Shown here piece after piece: positions 24,083 through 37,319 of a DNA stretch of 53,350 nucleotides (position 1 is its first letter; every line of letters begins with the position of its first letter). The notes beneath the pieces are model-generated. The model did not search any database and was not told where the DNA came from. It saw only the letters and a program-made list of their open reading frames with translations. Source of the stretch: Chiloscyllium plagiosum (Eukaryota); NCBI RefSeq assembly GCF_004010195.1, contig NC_057718.1:75681504-75734853 (forward strand), read 5' to 3'. Made by a program: the position numbers and the translations under genes.

Positions 24083-27000
24083 GTAGAGTCATAGAGTCAT
24101 AGAGATGTACAGCATGAAACAGACACTTCGGTCCAACCCGTCCATGCCAACCAGATATCCCAATCTAGTCCACCTGCCAGCACCCGGCCCATATCCCTCC
24201 AAACCCTTTCTATTCATCTACCCATCCAAATGCCTCTTAAATGTTGCAGTTGTACCAGCCTCCACCACTTCCTCTGGCAGCTCATTCCATACACGTACCA
24301 CCCTCTGCGTGAAAACGTTGGCCCTTAGGTCTCTTTTATATCTTTCCCCTCTCACCCTAAACCTATGCCCTCTAGTCTGGACACCCCAACACCAGGGAAA
24401 AGACTTTGTCTATTTATCCTATCCATGCCCCTCATAATCTGAGGTAACCCTCTTCGCTGTCCACTACACCTCCAATTTTGGTGTCATCTGCAAACTTACT
24501 AACTGTACCTCTTATGCTCGCATCCAAATCATTTATGTAAATGACAAAATGTAGAGGGCCCAGCACCGATCTTGTGGCACTCCACTGGTCACAGGCCTCC
24601 AGTCTGAAAAACAACCCTCCAACACTACCCTCTCTCTTCTACCTTTGAGCCAGTTCTGTATCCAAACGGCTAGTTCTCCCTGTATTCCATGAGATCTAAT
24701 CTTGCTAATCAGTCTCCCATGGGGAACTTTGTCGAATGCCTTACTGAAGTCCATATAGATCACATCTACTGCTCTGCCCTCATCAATCTTCTTTGTTGCT
24801 TCTTCAAAAAACTCAAACAAGTTTGTGATACATGATTTCCCACGCACAAAGCCATGTTGACTATCCCGAATCAGTGCTTGCCTTTCTAAATACATGTACA
24901 TCCTGTCCCTCAGGATTCCCTCCAACAACTTGCCCACCACTGAGGTCAGGCTCACCGGTCTATAGTTCCCTGGCTTGTCTTTACCGTCCTTCTTAAACAG
25001 TGGCACCACGTTTGCCAACCTCCAGTCTTCCGACACCTCACCTGTGACTATCGATGATACAAATATCTCAGCAAGAGGCCCAGCAATCACTTCTCTAGCT
25101 TCTCACAGAGTTCTCGAGTACAGCTGATCAGATCCTGGAGATTTATCCACTTTTAACCATTTCAAGACATCCAGCACTTCCTCCTCTGTAATCTGGACAT
25201 TTCGCAAGATGTTCACCATCTATTTCCCGACAGTCTATATCTTCCATATCCTTTTCCACAGTAAATACTGATGCAAAATATTCATTTAGTATTTCCCCCA
25301 TTTTCTGTGGCTCCACAAAAGGCCACCTTGCTGATCTTTGAGGGGTCATATTCTCTCCCTAGTTAACCTATTGTCCTTAATGTATTTGTAAAAACCCTTT
25401 AGATTCTCCTTAATTCTATTTGCCAAAGCTATCTTATGTCCCCGTTTTGCCCTCCTGATTTCCCTCTTAAGTATACTCCTACTTTCTTTATACTCTTCTA
25501 AGGATTCACTCGATCTATCCTGTCTATAACTGACATATGCTTCCTTCTTTTTCTTAACCAAACCTTCAATTTCTTTAGTCATTCAGCATTCCCTATACCT
25601 ACCAGCCTTCCCTTTCACCCTGACAGGAATATACTTTCTCTGAATTCTTGTTATCTCATTTCTGAAGGCTTCCCATTTTCCAGCCGTCACTTTACCTGCA
25701 AACATCTGCCTCCAATCAGCTTTTGAAAGTTCTTGACTAATACCGTCAAAATTGGCCTTTCTCCAATTTAGAACTTCAACTTTTAGATCTGGTCTATCCT
25801 TTCCCATCACGATTTTAAAATGAATAAAATTATGGTCGCTGGCCCCAAAGTGCTCCCCCACTGACACCTCAGTCACCTGCCCTGCCTTATTTCCCAAGAG
25901 TAGGTCAAGTTTTGCACCTTCTCTAGTAGGTACATCCACATACTGAATCAGAAAATTGTCTTGTACACTCTTAAGAAATTCCTCTCCATCTAAACCTTTA
26001 ACACTATGGCGGTCCCAGTCGATGTTTGGAAAGTTAAAATCCCCTACCATAACTACCCTATTATTCTTACAGATAGCTGAGATCTCCTTACAAGTTTGTT
26101 TCTCAATTTCCCTCTGACCATTGCGGGGTCTATAATACAATCCCAATAATGTGATCATCCCTTTCTTATTTCTCAGATCCACCCAAATAACTTCCCTGGA
26201 TGTATTTCCAGGAATATACCCCCTTCAGCACAGCTGTAATGTTATCCCTTATAAAAATGTCACTCCCCCTCCTCTCTTGCCTCCCTTTCTGTCCTTCCTA
26301 TAGCATTTGTATCCTGGAACATTAAGCTGCCAGTCCTGCCCATCCCTAAGCCATGTTTCCGTAATTGCTATGATATCCTAGTCCCATGTTCATAACCATG
26401 CCCTGAGTTCATCTGCCCTCCCTGTTAGGCCCCTTGCATTGTAATAAATGCAGTTTAATTTATTAGTCCTACCTTGTCCCTGTCTGCCCTGACTGTTTGA
26501 CTCACTTGTGTTCTCAGCTGTATCCGTCTCAAATTGATCTCTTTCCTCACTATCTCCCTGGGTCCCACCCCTCACCTTACTAGTTTAAATCCTCCCAAGC
26601 AGTTCAAGCAAATTTCCCTGCCAATTTAGGTGCAATCCGTCCTTCTTGTACAGGTCACTTCTACCCCAAAAGAGATTCCAATGATCTAAAAATGTGAATC
26701 CTTCTCCCATACACCAGCTCCTCAGCCATGCATTCATTTGCTCTTACCTCCTATTCCTGCCCTCACTAGCTCGTAGCACTGGGAGTAATCCAGATATTAC
26801 TACCCTTCACGACCTCCTTTTTAAATTTCTGCCTAACTCTCTGTAATCTCCCTTCAGAGTCTCAACTCTTTCCCTTCCAATGTTGTTGGTTCCAATGTGG
26901 ACAATGACCTCCTGCTGGCCCCTCTCCCTCATGAGAACATTCTGCACCCTCTCTGAGACATCCTTGATCCTGGCACCAGGGAAACAACACACCATTCTGC

Positions 27001-28130
27001 TTTTTCTCTGCTGGCCACAGAAATGTCTGTCTGTACCTCTGACTATAGAATTCCCTTACATAATTGATCTCTTGGAAGCCGACGTACCCCTCGTTGCATT
27101 AGAGCCAGTCTCAATACCAGAAATTTGGCTGTTCGTGCTACATTCCCCCGAGAATCTATCACCCCCTATATTTTCCAAAACAGCTTACCTGTTTGAAATA
27201 GGTACATCCACAAAAGACTCCTGCCCTAGGTGCTGACCTCTTTCACCCTTCCTGGAGTTAACCCATCTACGTGACTGTATCTGAGACGTTCCCCCCTTCC
27301 TGTAACTGCCATCCATCACATACTGTTGCTGTTGCAAATTCCTCATCGCTTCTATCTGTCTCCAACTGATCCACTCGATCTGATAAGATTCGCATCCAAC
27401 AGCATTTATGGCAGATATAATCCGCAGTAACCCTTTAACTCTCTTTAAACTCCCACATCTGCCAAGAAGTGCATATCACTGGAAAGGCCATTTTTGCTCC
27501 TTCACAATCTACAGACCCGGAAAATAACACCGTCTTATTCCTCTACAAACACTGCCCCAGGTTAAATTAATAGCTATGGCTTATATTTTAAGTTTAATCA
27601 AGAGACTGATCTCCAAACACATATAATCAAGAAAGAATCCACTATACTCACTACTGCAGCCTTTCTCTTGGACAGGCTTAAAACAACAATTAACTTATCT
27701 GATTCTTGGCTGTGAACTTCGCCCAACAGTTCCTCCAAGATTAGTTGTGAAAACAGTTCCTCCAAGATTAGTTGTGAATTTCACTGTTTGTTACTTTTCC
27801 CAGATGCACTCCAATGTCCAGCGATACACAAATTCAAACAGCAAAGGCAGTAACTGTGCAGGTTTTTTTTTTCTCTCTCTCTCTCCCTCTCTCTCTCTCT
27901 CCTGCACTATCCTCACCATGTGCTTCCTTTGTCTGTCTTCTCCCTTTTAAACTGCTGTTGTTTTGACATTTTTTTTCCAAAGTTCCAAAACAATACAACA
28001 GCATATAAAACAGTAATTGCTGCTCCTGGAATTCGAGGAAATCACCTCCAACACCTAAAATACCTCAAACAAAGGAGCAGCTCTTACATCCAGAAATCTT
28101 TCCTGCCCTCCATCTTGGATTACCCAGAAT
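24083..28130 (-). mobile_element. Near-full-length CR1/HER1-like LINE (ORF1 zinc finger + SGNH esterase; ORF2 APE + RT), inactivated
   Basis: ORF1 remnant CFPGARIKDV...VIVHIGTNNIG (26807-26995). APE VGDFNFPNIDW/LDLLL/SDHN (25583-26182). RT GNYRPVSLTSVVGK, QHGF, YMDFSKAFDKVPH, SGVPQ, KFADDTK (24432-25090). Frameshifts and a ~0.5-kb deletion at ~24436. Confidence 0.93.
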
Positions 28131-28283
28131 CTTGCTCACATCCAAATCATTTATGTAAGTGACAAAAGTAGAGGAACCAGCACCGATCCTTGTGGCACTC
28201 CACTGGTCACAGGCTTCCAGTCTGAAAAACAACCATCCACCACCACCCTCTGTCTTCTACCTTTGAGCCATATCTGTATCCAA
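28131..28283 (-). mobile_element. Continuation of the outer CR1 copy
   Basis: gctcacatccaaatcatttatgtaa... matches 24516-24664, the sequence expected immediately after 24082. Confidence 0.85.
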
Positions 28284-28299
28284 GAAAAAGTGGTGGCAC

Positions 28300-28526
28300 T
28301 TCACCTGGTGGAGTTGAAAAGTTAATTGGTCTTCTTTCTGCACTGTTGGGGCAATCCTCCAGATGCTGGAGACTGCACTCACCTGGGTGGCAACAGGTTC
28401 TGGTGTTGTGGCCCCTATTAACAGTCTTAGGGGAAGAAAGTAGTTCTTCTCTGCATCATTTCATCAACTAGGGCCTCCAGGTTCCTGTTGGTAAAACAGG
28501 ACACCACTTTCCCTTTGTCTGCCATG
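28300..28526 (-). pseudogene. Harbinger/PIF Myb/SANT-like ORF remnant
   Basis: Manual minus-strand translation: MADKGKVVSCFTNRNLEALVDEMMQRRTTFFP* ... VATQVSAVSSIWR..QQCRKKTN*L, with stops and frameshifts. Confidence 0.55.
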
Positions 28527-29279
28527 TTTCAGAAATATATTAATAAGATGGTTTCTACAGTCATATCAGTGAGCAGTAACAAGCTTTTGAAGCATAGTTA
28601 CATTTAGAGAATTGCATGGGAGGTGTACTTTGGATTCATATAGTCCCAATCTCCAATTCCATGTGATCTGACAGCACAATGGCATAGCTTTTACATGAAC
28701 ATTCAATACATTTTCCTATAGTAAAGAAATGATTAACCCTTAACTCCACAAACATTTATGCAAGAAATGTGTGACCCAAAATCGTCAATAAAAAAGTCTC
28801 AAACACTTTTCTCTTCTCATCAGGTAAAGGTTGTTTGTGCATCAGTTATAAAGAGATACATTAGCACCTGCCAATAGGCTCTTTAATTGCTTTCAGTCCA
28901 AACTGATGTATCAAATAATAGCTTAGCAATGAATTAAGCCACCAAAAAGTCACATTTTATGTATATCTTGACAGAACCTTAAGGATAATGGCTTTAAAAA
29001 GCAGTTTTTTCCAAATTGCGAGGGGTTATAATTTTACCTTTCCACAATCCATTCCCGGAGGGTTATTGTAAATTTATTACTTGCGTACATTTCAGTCCTG
29101 CTCCCCTATTGTTTCATGGTTATGAAATCAGTTTGTTTTTCACTTCATAGAAGTTTCTAAAGTAACATTCACTGCTCTGAAATCTTTTCTTCTATATGTG
29201 ATTTGCCAATTTAAAAAGCCACTTAATTGTCCTTCACTATACCAGAGCAACTGATTATTCAAGTCTTACCCACTTCAGA

Positions 29280-29990
29280 CCATAAGAAATAGAAGTACTA
29301 GTACACCCCTTGAGCTTGTCCCTCCATTGTATAAATGGCTAAGTTCTACTTTAACTCCAATTTCCTGCACAATGTCTGTATTCCCTTTGTTCGCTTAGAG
29401 TCTAAAAAATGAAATTGATCTTTCAAATAGATTGAATATCTGAACAACCACAGACTTTTAACAATGTTCCTTCAGCTCGACTGTGTTTTGGGCTGCACAG
29501 AAGGTTGAAACGTTCTGTGCAAGTATTGTCCTGTGGCAAATTACATCCGAAGAAACTTTATAGGGATAGTGCATTGAGAAAGTTGTCTGTGTACAACAAC
29601 AAGATGTTAAAGGAAACGTTTCCCTCTCTCAGTATTTATGCCCCACAAAATTACTATCCATCTCAGTGTTCAATAGGCAAACCATTATCCTGAAGCTTTA
29701 TTCCTAATTCTAAGCTCTCCAGCCAGAAAACAGCCTCTCAATAACTACCCTATCAAGCCCCCTCAGAATCCTGTATGCTTCAATGAGATCACCTCTCATT
29801 CTTCTAAAATCTGAGTACAGTGTAGTTTACTCAACCTTTCCTCCCAGGACAACCTTCTCACCTCAGGAATCAAACCAGTGAGCTTTCATTACAGCCTCAT
29901 TCAGAAAGACATATCCTTCCTTTAGTATGAGGACCAAAACAGTTCTCCAGGTTTAATCTCACCAAAGACCTGTAAAAATGTAACAAGAAA
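29280..29990 (-). mobile_element. Decayed CR1 LINE 3' fragments
   Basis: accataagaaatagaag tail. caatgagatcacctctcattcttctaaa (reverse: FRRMRGDLIE) at 29781-29808. Confidence 0.6.
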
Positions 29991-30785
29991 CAGAAAAAAG
30001 TTACAACACAAAAATAATCTATTAACCATTAAGCCCATTATGTCTGTGCCGACTGAGAAAGAGCTATTCAGCCTAATTTCCCTCCCTGCCTCTTGGTCTG
30101 GTTAGGCTAAGACATTTCAAATATATTCCTAACTATTTTATTTAAATGCAACAGGGGCTTCTGCTTCTCAACCGTTCAGGCAGAGGATTCTAGGGGTTCA
30201 CAACTATTGGATAAAAATCTTTCCCTCAATTCCTTGTACAGTGCACTGAGAAACCAAGAAATCTGGCCGAAGAAGATGCATTTAAAAAGGCTCTGTGTGC
30301 AAGTTCAGTCAGAGTGACAAGTGCTGTTAAATTTAGCTGGCTCCAAAAGATCTGAGTTAAAGAAAAAGTCCAGAGTGGCTCAGAATAAAACTCCAGCAAC
30401 AGAAAACTACTCGAAGCTGAAAGCATGGAAATTCTATGTGTTAGTTTATCAATGATCAAAAGAAAAGCTCTAGAAAACAATGACAGTCATATTAACTGAT
30501 AAAAGGAACTTTAAAGTGGCGATAGGGCAATCTTTCCCTCAGGTTTGAGTATCTGTAAGGTTATTGTTAATTGTAAAAGAGTTGAATCATTATTTCTGAT
30601 ATTTTTAATAAGATTGTTTTGAAAAATTCCTACAAAGTGTAAAATTGTTTATGTTTTTGTTCCTTTTGTCACTAATAAATGTTGATGTTATTTTTAAAAG
30701 TACGTTAGCAGCCTCTTGTGAATATGTTCGGTTACTCACGACCACAGTAAACAAATAGCAAAAGTTAAACAATGGTCTATCCAGG

Positions 30786-30875
30786 TAAAAACAATGACTG
30801 CAGATGCTGGAAACCAGATTCTGGATCAGTGGTGCTGGAAGAACACAGCAGTTCAGGCAGCATCCGAGGAGCTTC
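30786..30875 (-). mobile_element. Penelope-derived family A terminus fragment
   Basis: taaaaacaatgactgcagatgctggaaaccagattctggatcagtggtgctgg, near-identical to 53220-53300. Confidence 0.75.
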
Positions 30876-30917
30876 GAAATCTGACTTGTCCTGAATTACT
30901 ATCAGCTGAGGTCATAA

Positions 30918-31035
30918 CACAGAGTGATAACCTTTCACAGAGTGATAGTCTTTCACAGAGTGATAGTCTTTCACAGTGTGATAGTCTTTCACAGAGTGAT
31001 AATCTTTCACAGAGTAATAATCTTTCACAGAGTGA
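30918..31035 (+). repeat. 18-bp minisatellite, ~6.5 copies
   Basis: Unit CACAGAGTGATA(A/G)TCTTT repeated head to tail. Confidence 0.95.
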
Positions 31036-32617
31036 AGGCCAAGTGAAGTTAGGCTGCCACTTAAATGATATGTGGGTGAATACTTCAGTCTATGTAGCAC
31101 TGGACTGGCATTTATACCCATCTCTAGTTGACCCCTAGAAGGTGTTCACTGTGGTTTTCTTCATGAAATGTTGAATTCTGTGAAATAAAAGGAATTTTGT
31201 CATGCTGGGAGGTAATTGTTCAAGGATTTCGGCTGGTGACAAAAAAGGGACAGTGATATATGTCTCTGTCTGCGCAGTAAGTGACTTGGAGGGGAATTTG
31301 GAGGACGATGATTCATGGTGATCCACACTTCTGCTGCCCTTCCTCTTCTAGGTGCCGGATGTTGTGGAAAAGGTGCACAAGATGAAGCCAATCAGACCAC
31401 TCATGCTACTGATCAGAGCAGGTCCTTAGATGAGACACAGATAGGTCATAAGATTTTAAAGTCTTAGGAAATGGTTTCAGTTCAATTTTATTTGACATGC
31501 GCAACTAAATCAATCCAAATTGATTGGGCATTCTCCAGTTCTGTGACAACTTGGTTTTGAAAGCTGGATCACTCGGTGTTATGATCTCAGCTGATGGTAA
31601 TACAGAACAAGTCAGATCCCATAGTGAAACTGGTTTGATAGACCATAAATTTAACTTATGTTATTTGTTTACTTTGGTGCAGTCACTAAACAGGTTCACA
31701 AGAGGCTGCCAATGTACTTTTAAAAATAACATCAATGTTGACTACATATAAACAATTTTACACTTTGCAGGAATGATTTGAAACAGTCATATTAAAATAT
31801 CAGAAAATAATGAAAGAATTGATAAACATTTAGCAGTCAAGTGGTTAAAAAAATCCAAGGCCTGAACAGTTTCATCCAGAGCACAGAACAAAATGAAACC
31901 ATTGTTGCAGTACTGTACAATAACTTACCCATTTTCTACTCCACTGGTTTCTTCATTCCCATTCATTGTCATGAGTAAATAGCACTAAAGGATTTCAAAT
32001 ACTCTGAACACCACTTATTTTAGTTGCAAGAAAACTGCATCTCAATAGAAACAACTGCAAATCCAGGCGTGAAATTAGGATTCTGAGTTCAGCTGATTGA
32101 TCCACAAAACTGACTTGCTCATTTGAAGACAATTAAAAATAGCAATGTGGAAACAAAACAAAACTTCTTTTTTGTCACAGAGCCAGAGAATGCTTGATCA
32201 ATTTGGATTGATTTAGATGGGTATGGCGAATACAATTGAACTGAAATAATTCCATAAGACCTTAAAGTCTAGCTAAATTATTCCATAGAATTCAGAACTG
32301 AGTGCTACACTTAAAGTGCCAAGTTTCAAACAAGGACGTCCATCATCAGGTTGATGTAAAAGATTCCAAGGCACAATTCAATGAAACACAGAAAACCTTT
32401 TCTCAGTATATTGACAGCAATAGTTCCCAGTCAAGATCACTGTAAAAGCAACTTTTTATCACTATACAATCAATGTATGTAGAATCTTACAATGTACAAG
32501 TTACTTCCCTCATTTCATACCTTATAGAAATGGTCGTAACTTTAAAGTGAATCGTGGATTTATAAAGTGCTTTAGAAATCAGGTGGAAAGCTCTCCACTT
32601 GCTGGAGTCATACTTAG

Positions 32618-33230
32618 ACCATAAGTATGATTTAGGAGCAGAGGAGGCTAATCAGCCCATTAAATCTGCTCTGATATTTAATGAGCTAATGGCTAATGTG
32701 ACGGTACTCAACTCCACTTTCCTGCATTTTCCCCATAACCCTTGATTCTTCTAACTGATTAATTATCTATCACAATCTTGAATATGCTCAATGACAATTG
32801 AAGTAAAGAATTCCACATATTGACTACCCTATGAGAACCAAAAATCAGCCTCATCTCTGTCCTAGCTCATCGACCCCTTGTTCTGAGATTATGCCACTTA
32901 GAAGGAAAAGGAGGAAGCCATGCAGCTCCTTGAGCCTGTTCCACCATTCAATAGGATCAATCATTCATCATGTACCACTTTTCCACATTTTCCGCATACT
33001 GATTAAGAATCTATCTATCTCAGCCTTAAACATGCCCAAAGATTCTGCCTCCACAGCTCTCAGTAGCAAAAAGTTCCAAAGTCTCACAATCCTCTGAGAG
33101 AAAAAAATCCTCCTCATCTCTATTTTAAATTGCACCCCTGGCCCTAAACGCTGCCAGAAGGACAAACAACATTTGCATGGCTACACATTAAACTCCACGA
33201 AAATCTTTGATGTCTCAATAAGATATTCAA
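32618..33230 (-). mobile_element. Two decayed CR1 3' fragments
   Basis: ORF 32968-33165 (EMRRIFFSQRIVRLWNFL...AVEAESLGMFKAEIDRFL). A second 3' UTR copy at 32618-32880. Confidence 0.7.
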
Positions 33231-33347
33231 AACTTCATTGTGTATTCATTCCTACCAAGGATCACATGACCTTTCAAGTGCTCATCCAAGCACTTTTTAA
33301 AGGTTATAGATTTCACTTCTATTTTAAATAATCACCAAATCAATCTA

Positions 33348-33432
33348 GTCAAAATCACATGACACCAAGTTATAGTCCAACAGGCTTATTTGGAATCACA
33401 AGCTTTCGGAGCGTTGCTTCTTCGTCGGTGAA
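33348..33432 (-). mobile_element. Penelope-derived family B fragment with decayed hammerhead
   Basis: aaaatcacatgacaccaagttatagtccaacagg...caagctttcggagcgttgcttcttcgtcggtg. Confidence 0.7.
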
Positions 33433-34076
33433 GGAGTATTGAGTAGCATTTATGCAATAAAATATGAATGCCCTCATTCATTATGGTAGCATTAATTAGG
33501 AGCTTATGTCCCCTTTGACAATATTGTTCAGTACATTCCTCTGAAGCTCCTTGGAGAGTTTTCGTAGGTAGTAATATATTTTTGGTGATACAGGCTCTAT
33601 GGGCCAAAGGGCCCCTTCTGTACTGTATGATTCTAGTGAACTTTTTCTGACTGCCCCCAACGTCAGTATACCTTTCCTCAGAAAAAAGGGACCAATAACT
33701 GTTCTCAGTATCCCAGCTGTGATCCAACTAGTGCCTTGCAAAACTTTTTTTTAATATATTTCATTTGAAATAAAGGCCACTATTCCATTTGTCTTTTCTA
33801 ATATATGCTGAATTTTTTTATTTTTTGTGATTTATGCTCAAAGACTCCCAAATTTCTCTGAACAACAGCTTTCTGCAGTTTTCTTCATTTAAATAATATT
33901 GTGCTCTTTTATTCATCCCGCCAAAGCGTACAGCCTCACATTTGCCCACAGTAAATAAAATCTGGAATTAAGAATCCACTGATGACCAGGAAACTATTGC
34001 TGATTGTTGGTAAAAACCCATTTGGTTCATTAATGTCCTTCAGTGAAGGAAATCTGCCATCCTCATCTGGTCTGGT

Positions 34077-34205
34077 TTTGAGGGATATGGGCTGGTTGCT
34101 GGCAAGTAGGACTAGATTGGGTTAGGATATCTGGTCGGCATGGACAAGTTGGACCAAAGGGTCTGGTATCTGTGCTGTTCACCTCTATGACTCTATGACT
34201 CTATG
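34077..34205 (+). mobile_element. CR1 3'-end insertion
   Basis: gagggatatggg...ttggaccaaagggtctg...(ctctatga)n tail. Confidence 0.8.
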
Positions 34206-35242
34206 TGACTCCAGACCCACAGAAATATGGTTGATTCTCACTTGCCCTCTGAAGTAGCTAGCAAGCCATTCAGTTGTACCAACACTACAAAGTCTCAATG
34301 AAACAACAATAGAAACAGCCCTGTTGACCCTGCAAAGTCCTCCCTCCTAATATCTGGGGTCATGTTAAAATTAAGAGAGCTGCCTCACAGACTAGGCAAG
34401 CAACAGCCTGACATAGTCATACTCATGGAATCATACCTTACAGACAATGCCTCAAACGCCACCATCACCATCCCTGGATATGTCCCTGGCAGGATAAACC
34501 CAGCAGAGGTGGCAGCACAGTGATATTCTGGTGGGAAGGAGTTGCCTGGGAGTCCTCAGCATTAACTCTGAATTCTAATGGCTTCAGGTTAAACATGGGT
34601 AAGAAAACCTCCTACTGACGACCATGTATGGTCCTCACCCCTCCATGTTAAACAAAACTTGGAGGAAGCACCGAGGATGGCAAGGGCACAAAATGTACTC
34701 TTGGTGAGGGATTTCAATGTCCACCACCAAGAATGGCTCGGCAGCAGTACTCCTGATCAAGCCGGTCGGTTCCTAAAGGACATAACTGATGGACTAGGTT
34801 TGTGGCAGGTGGTTAGGAAACCAACAAGAGGGAAAAAACATCTTGACCTCATCCTTACCAATCTGCCAGCTGCAGATGCATCTGTCCATGAAAGTATAGG
34901 TAAGAGTGACCACTGCACAATCCTTGTGGAGATGAAGTCCTGCCTTCATAATGAGAATAACATCCATCACGTTGTGTGGCACTATCAACGTTCTAAATGG
35001 GACAGACTTTGAACAAATCTAGCAACTCAAGACTGGGCATCCATGAAGTGCTGTGGGCCATCAACAGCAGCAGAATTGTACTCCAGCACAATCTGTAACC
35101 TCATGGCCTGGCACACAACCATTACCATCAAGTGCTGGGATCAACCCTGGTTCAACAGACAGTGCAGGAGGGCTTGTCAGGAGCAGCGCCAAGCATGCTT
35201 AGAAATGAGATGTCAACCTGGTGAAGCTACCAAACAGGACTA

Positions 35243-35899
35243 CAGAGGAAACTTGATTATCCGGATACCAATTATCAGAAAATCAGATTATCCGAAGGAG
35301 ATCTGGAGGTCGCGATGGAAACATTACATCAAAGACGTGTTTCCAACAGTGATCGCGTCTTTTGTTTACAGTGATTAAACAGGTGCTGTCTCCAAATGAC
35401 TGTCCGCCCATGCTCTCTCTCCCCACACTTTCCCTGCAGTTCTACAGAAGAGTGTACCCTAACCCCATCCCCCTTCCCCAGATAATCTCTCCAACATTGT
35501 CCTGTACAGGGCAGAGGTGGAACCTGTCAAAAAGTTGCAGTAAAAACATGTGTGTGTGTGTGTGCATGCCCGCACGCACTATTTGGAGACTTACCCCACA
35601 AAGGCAACTTCAGCAGTCTCGTTGTTGGTATCCTGTCCAGCTGCCCCAGAGTGAGGGCAAGTATCTACGGGGATGGGAGGCGGGCAGGGAGTAGTGTTGG
35701 ACGGGGTTGGGGGGTGGGGTGGTGTTGGGGTGGGGCGCGGAGCTAATGCGCTCTGCGTTGCTGCTCGTCTCTTGAAGGAGGAGCAGACTTTAAAACTTCC
35801 GAGCCCCAGAGAAAAGGCATTTGACCAATTAACCGAATAATCGATTATCCGAATGAAATAGTGCCAGCCCATCCAGTTCGGATAATCGAGGTTCTCCTG
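35243..35899. mobile_element. Tc1/mariner (pogo/Tigger-like) non-autonomous DNA transposon
   Basis: TA duplication (35241-42, 35900-01). Imperfect TIRs CAGAGGAAACTTGATTATCCG / CGGATAATCGAGGTTCTCCTG. Removal restores the LINE frame KQDY|LNAKQHKQQ. Confidence 0.85.
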
Positions 35900-37319
35900 T
35901 ACTTGAATGCTAAACAGCATAAACAGCAAGTGGTAGACAGAGCTAAGTTAAGCAATCCCACAACCAACAGATCAGATCTAAGCTCTGTAAATATCCCTAT
36001 CCTCAATGATGGAAGAGCCCAGCACATCAGTACAAAAGATAAGGCAGTAGCATTTGCAGCGAACTTCAGCCTGAAGTGCCAAGTGGATGATCCATCTCGA
36101 CCCCCCTCCTGTGGTCCCCAGTGTTACAGATACCAGTCTTCAGCTAATTCAATTCACTCCACATGGTATTGAGAAACAATTGGAGAGACTGGATGCTCAA
36201 ACGCTGTGGCCCCTGACAATATTTTATCAATATTACTAAGGACTTGTGCTCTAAAACATGCCCTCGCCAATCTATTCCAGTAGAGTTACAATACTGACAT
36301 CTACCTGATAATGTGGTAATTTGCCCAGGTATGTCCTGTACATAAAAAGCAATCTCACCACCGCCCCTTAATATTCAACAGTGTTAAAATGACTGAATTC
36401 CCCACTATCAACACATTGGGGTTACCATTGCCAGAATCTCAACTGGACTCACCACATAAGCACAGTGGCTGCAGGAGCAGGTAAGAGCCTAGGAATTCTG
36501 TGGTGAGTAACTCACCTACTAACTCCCTAAAGCCTCTCCATCATCTAGGAGGATAAGTCAGGAATGTGATGGAACACTCCCCACTTGCTTGGATGAGTGC
36601 AGCCCCAACAACACTCAAGAAACTTGACACCACCCAGGACAAAGCAGCCTGCTTGATTAGTACCACATTCACAAGCATCCACTCCTTCCAATGCTAATGC
36701 TCAGTAGCAGCAGTGTGAATGACATGTAAGGTCCTCAGACTGCACCTCCCAAACCCACAACCACTTCCATCCAGAAGGACAAGGACAGCAGATACATGGA
36801 AACACCACCACCTTCAAGTTCCTCTCTAAGACATTCACCATCCTAACTTGGAATTATATCATTGTTCCTTCACTGTTGTTGGGTCAAACTCCTGGAATTC
36901 CCTACTTAATGGCATTATGAGTCAACCCACAGAAAGTGAACTGCAGTGGTTCAAAAAGGCAGCTCACCAACACCTTCTGAAGGGCAATTAGGAACAGGCA
37001 ATAAATGCTGGCCCCAGCAATGCCTGCATTCCACAAATAAATGACAAAAAAAAATCCTGTATTGAGCAGCACAATAGACCTTTATTCAGAGTTCCTTACC
37101 AATGTAATGTGGGAGAAGTTCTTCTTTGGACAATGCTTTTCCCCAATCAAATATAACGCTCACATGCAATATTGTTATCATTGTTAGCCACATCCCCTAA
37201 TCTACACATCCAATCTTGTTCTGTGACAAGGCTGACAAATTGGGGGCAGCTTCATTCTTGTTCAACCCTGGGAGATCAAACAGTCTCTGTCTTGCAGTTG
37301 CAGTTTACAACCTTTGTAA

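Larger units (their letters stand above)
33955..37035 (+). mobile_element. L2/CR1-clade LINE with Deu-domain-like 5' region, internally deleted
   Basis: APE motifs RDFNVHHQEWLGS, LDLILTNL, SDHCTIL (34659-35012), DQPWFN. 3' end ggcagctcacc...aagggcaattagg...aataaatgctggcc. Confidence 0.8.

Noticed and set aside
30794..31138. ORF with SQSDSL repeats
   Set aside because: Translation of a repeat terminus plus the minisatellite; no splice or homology support.
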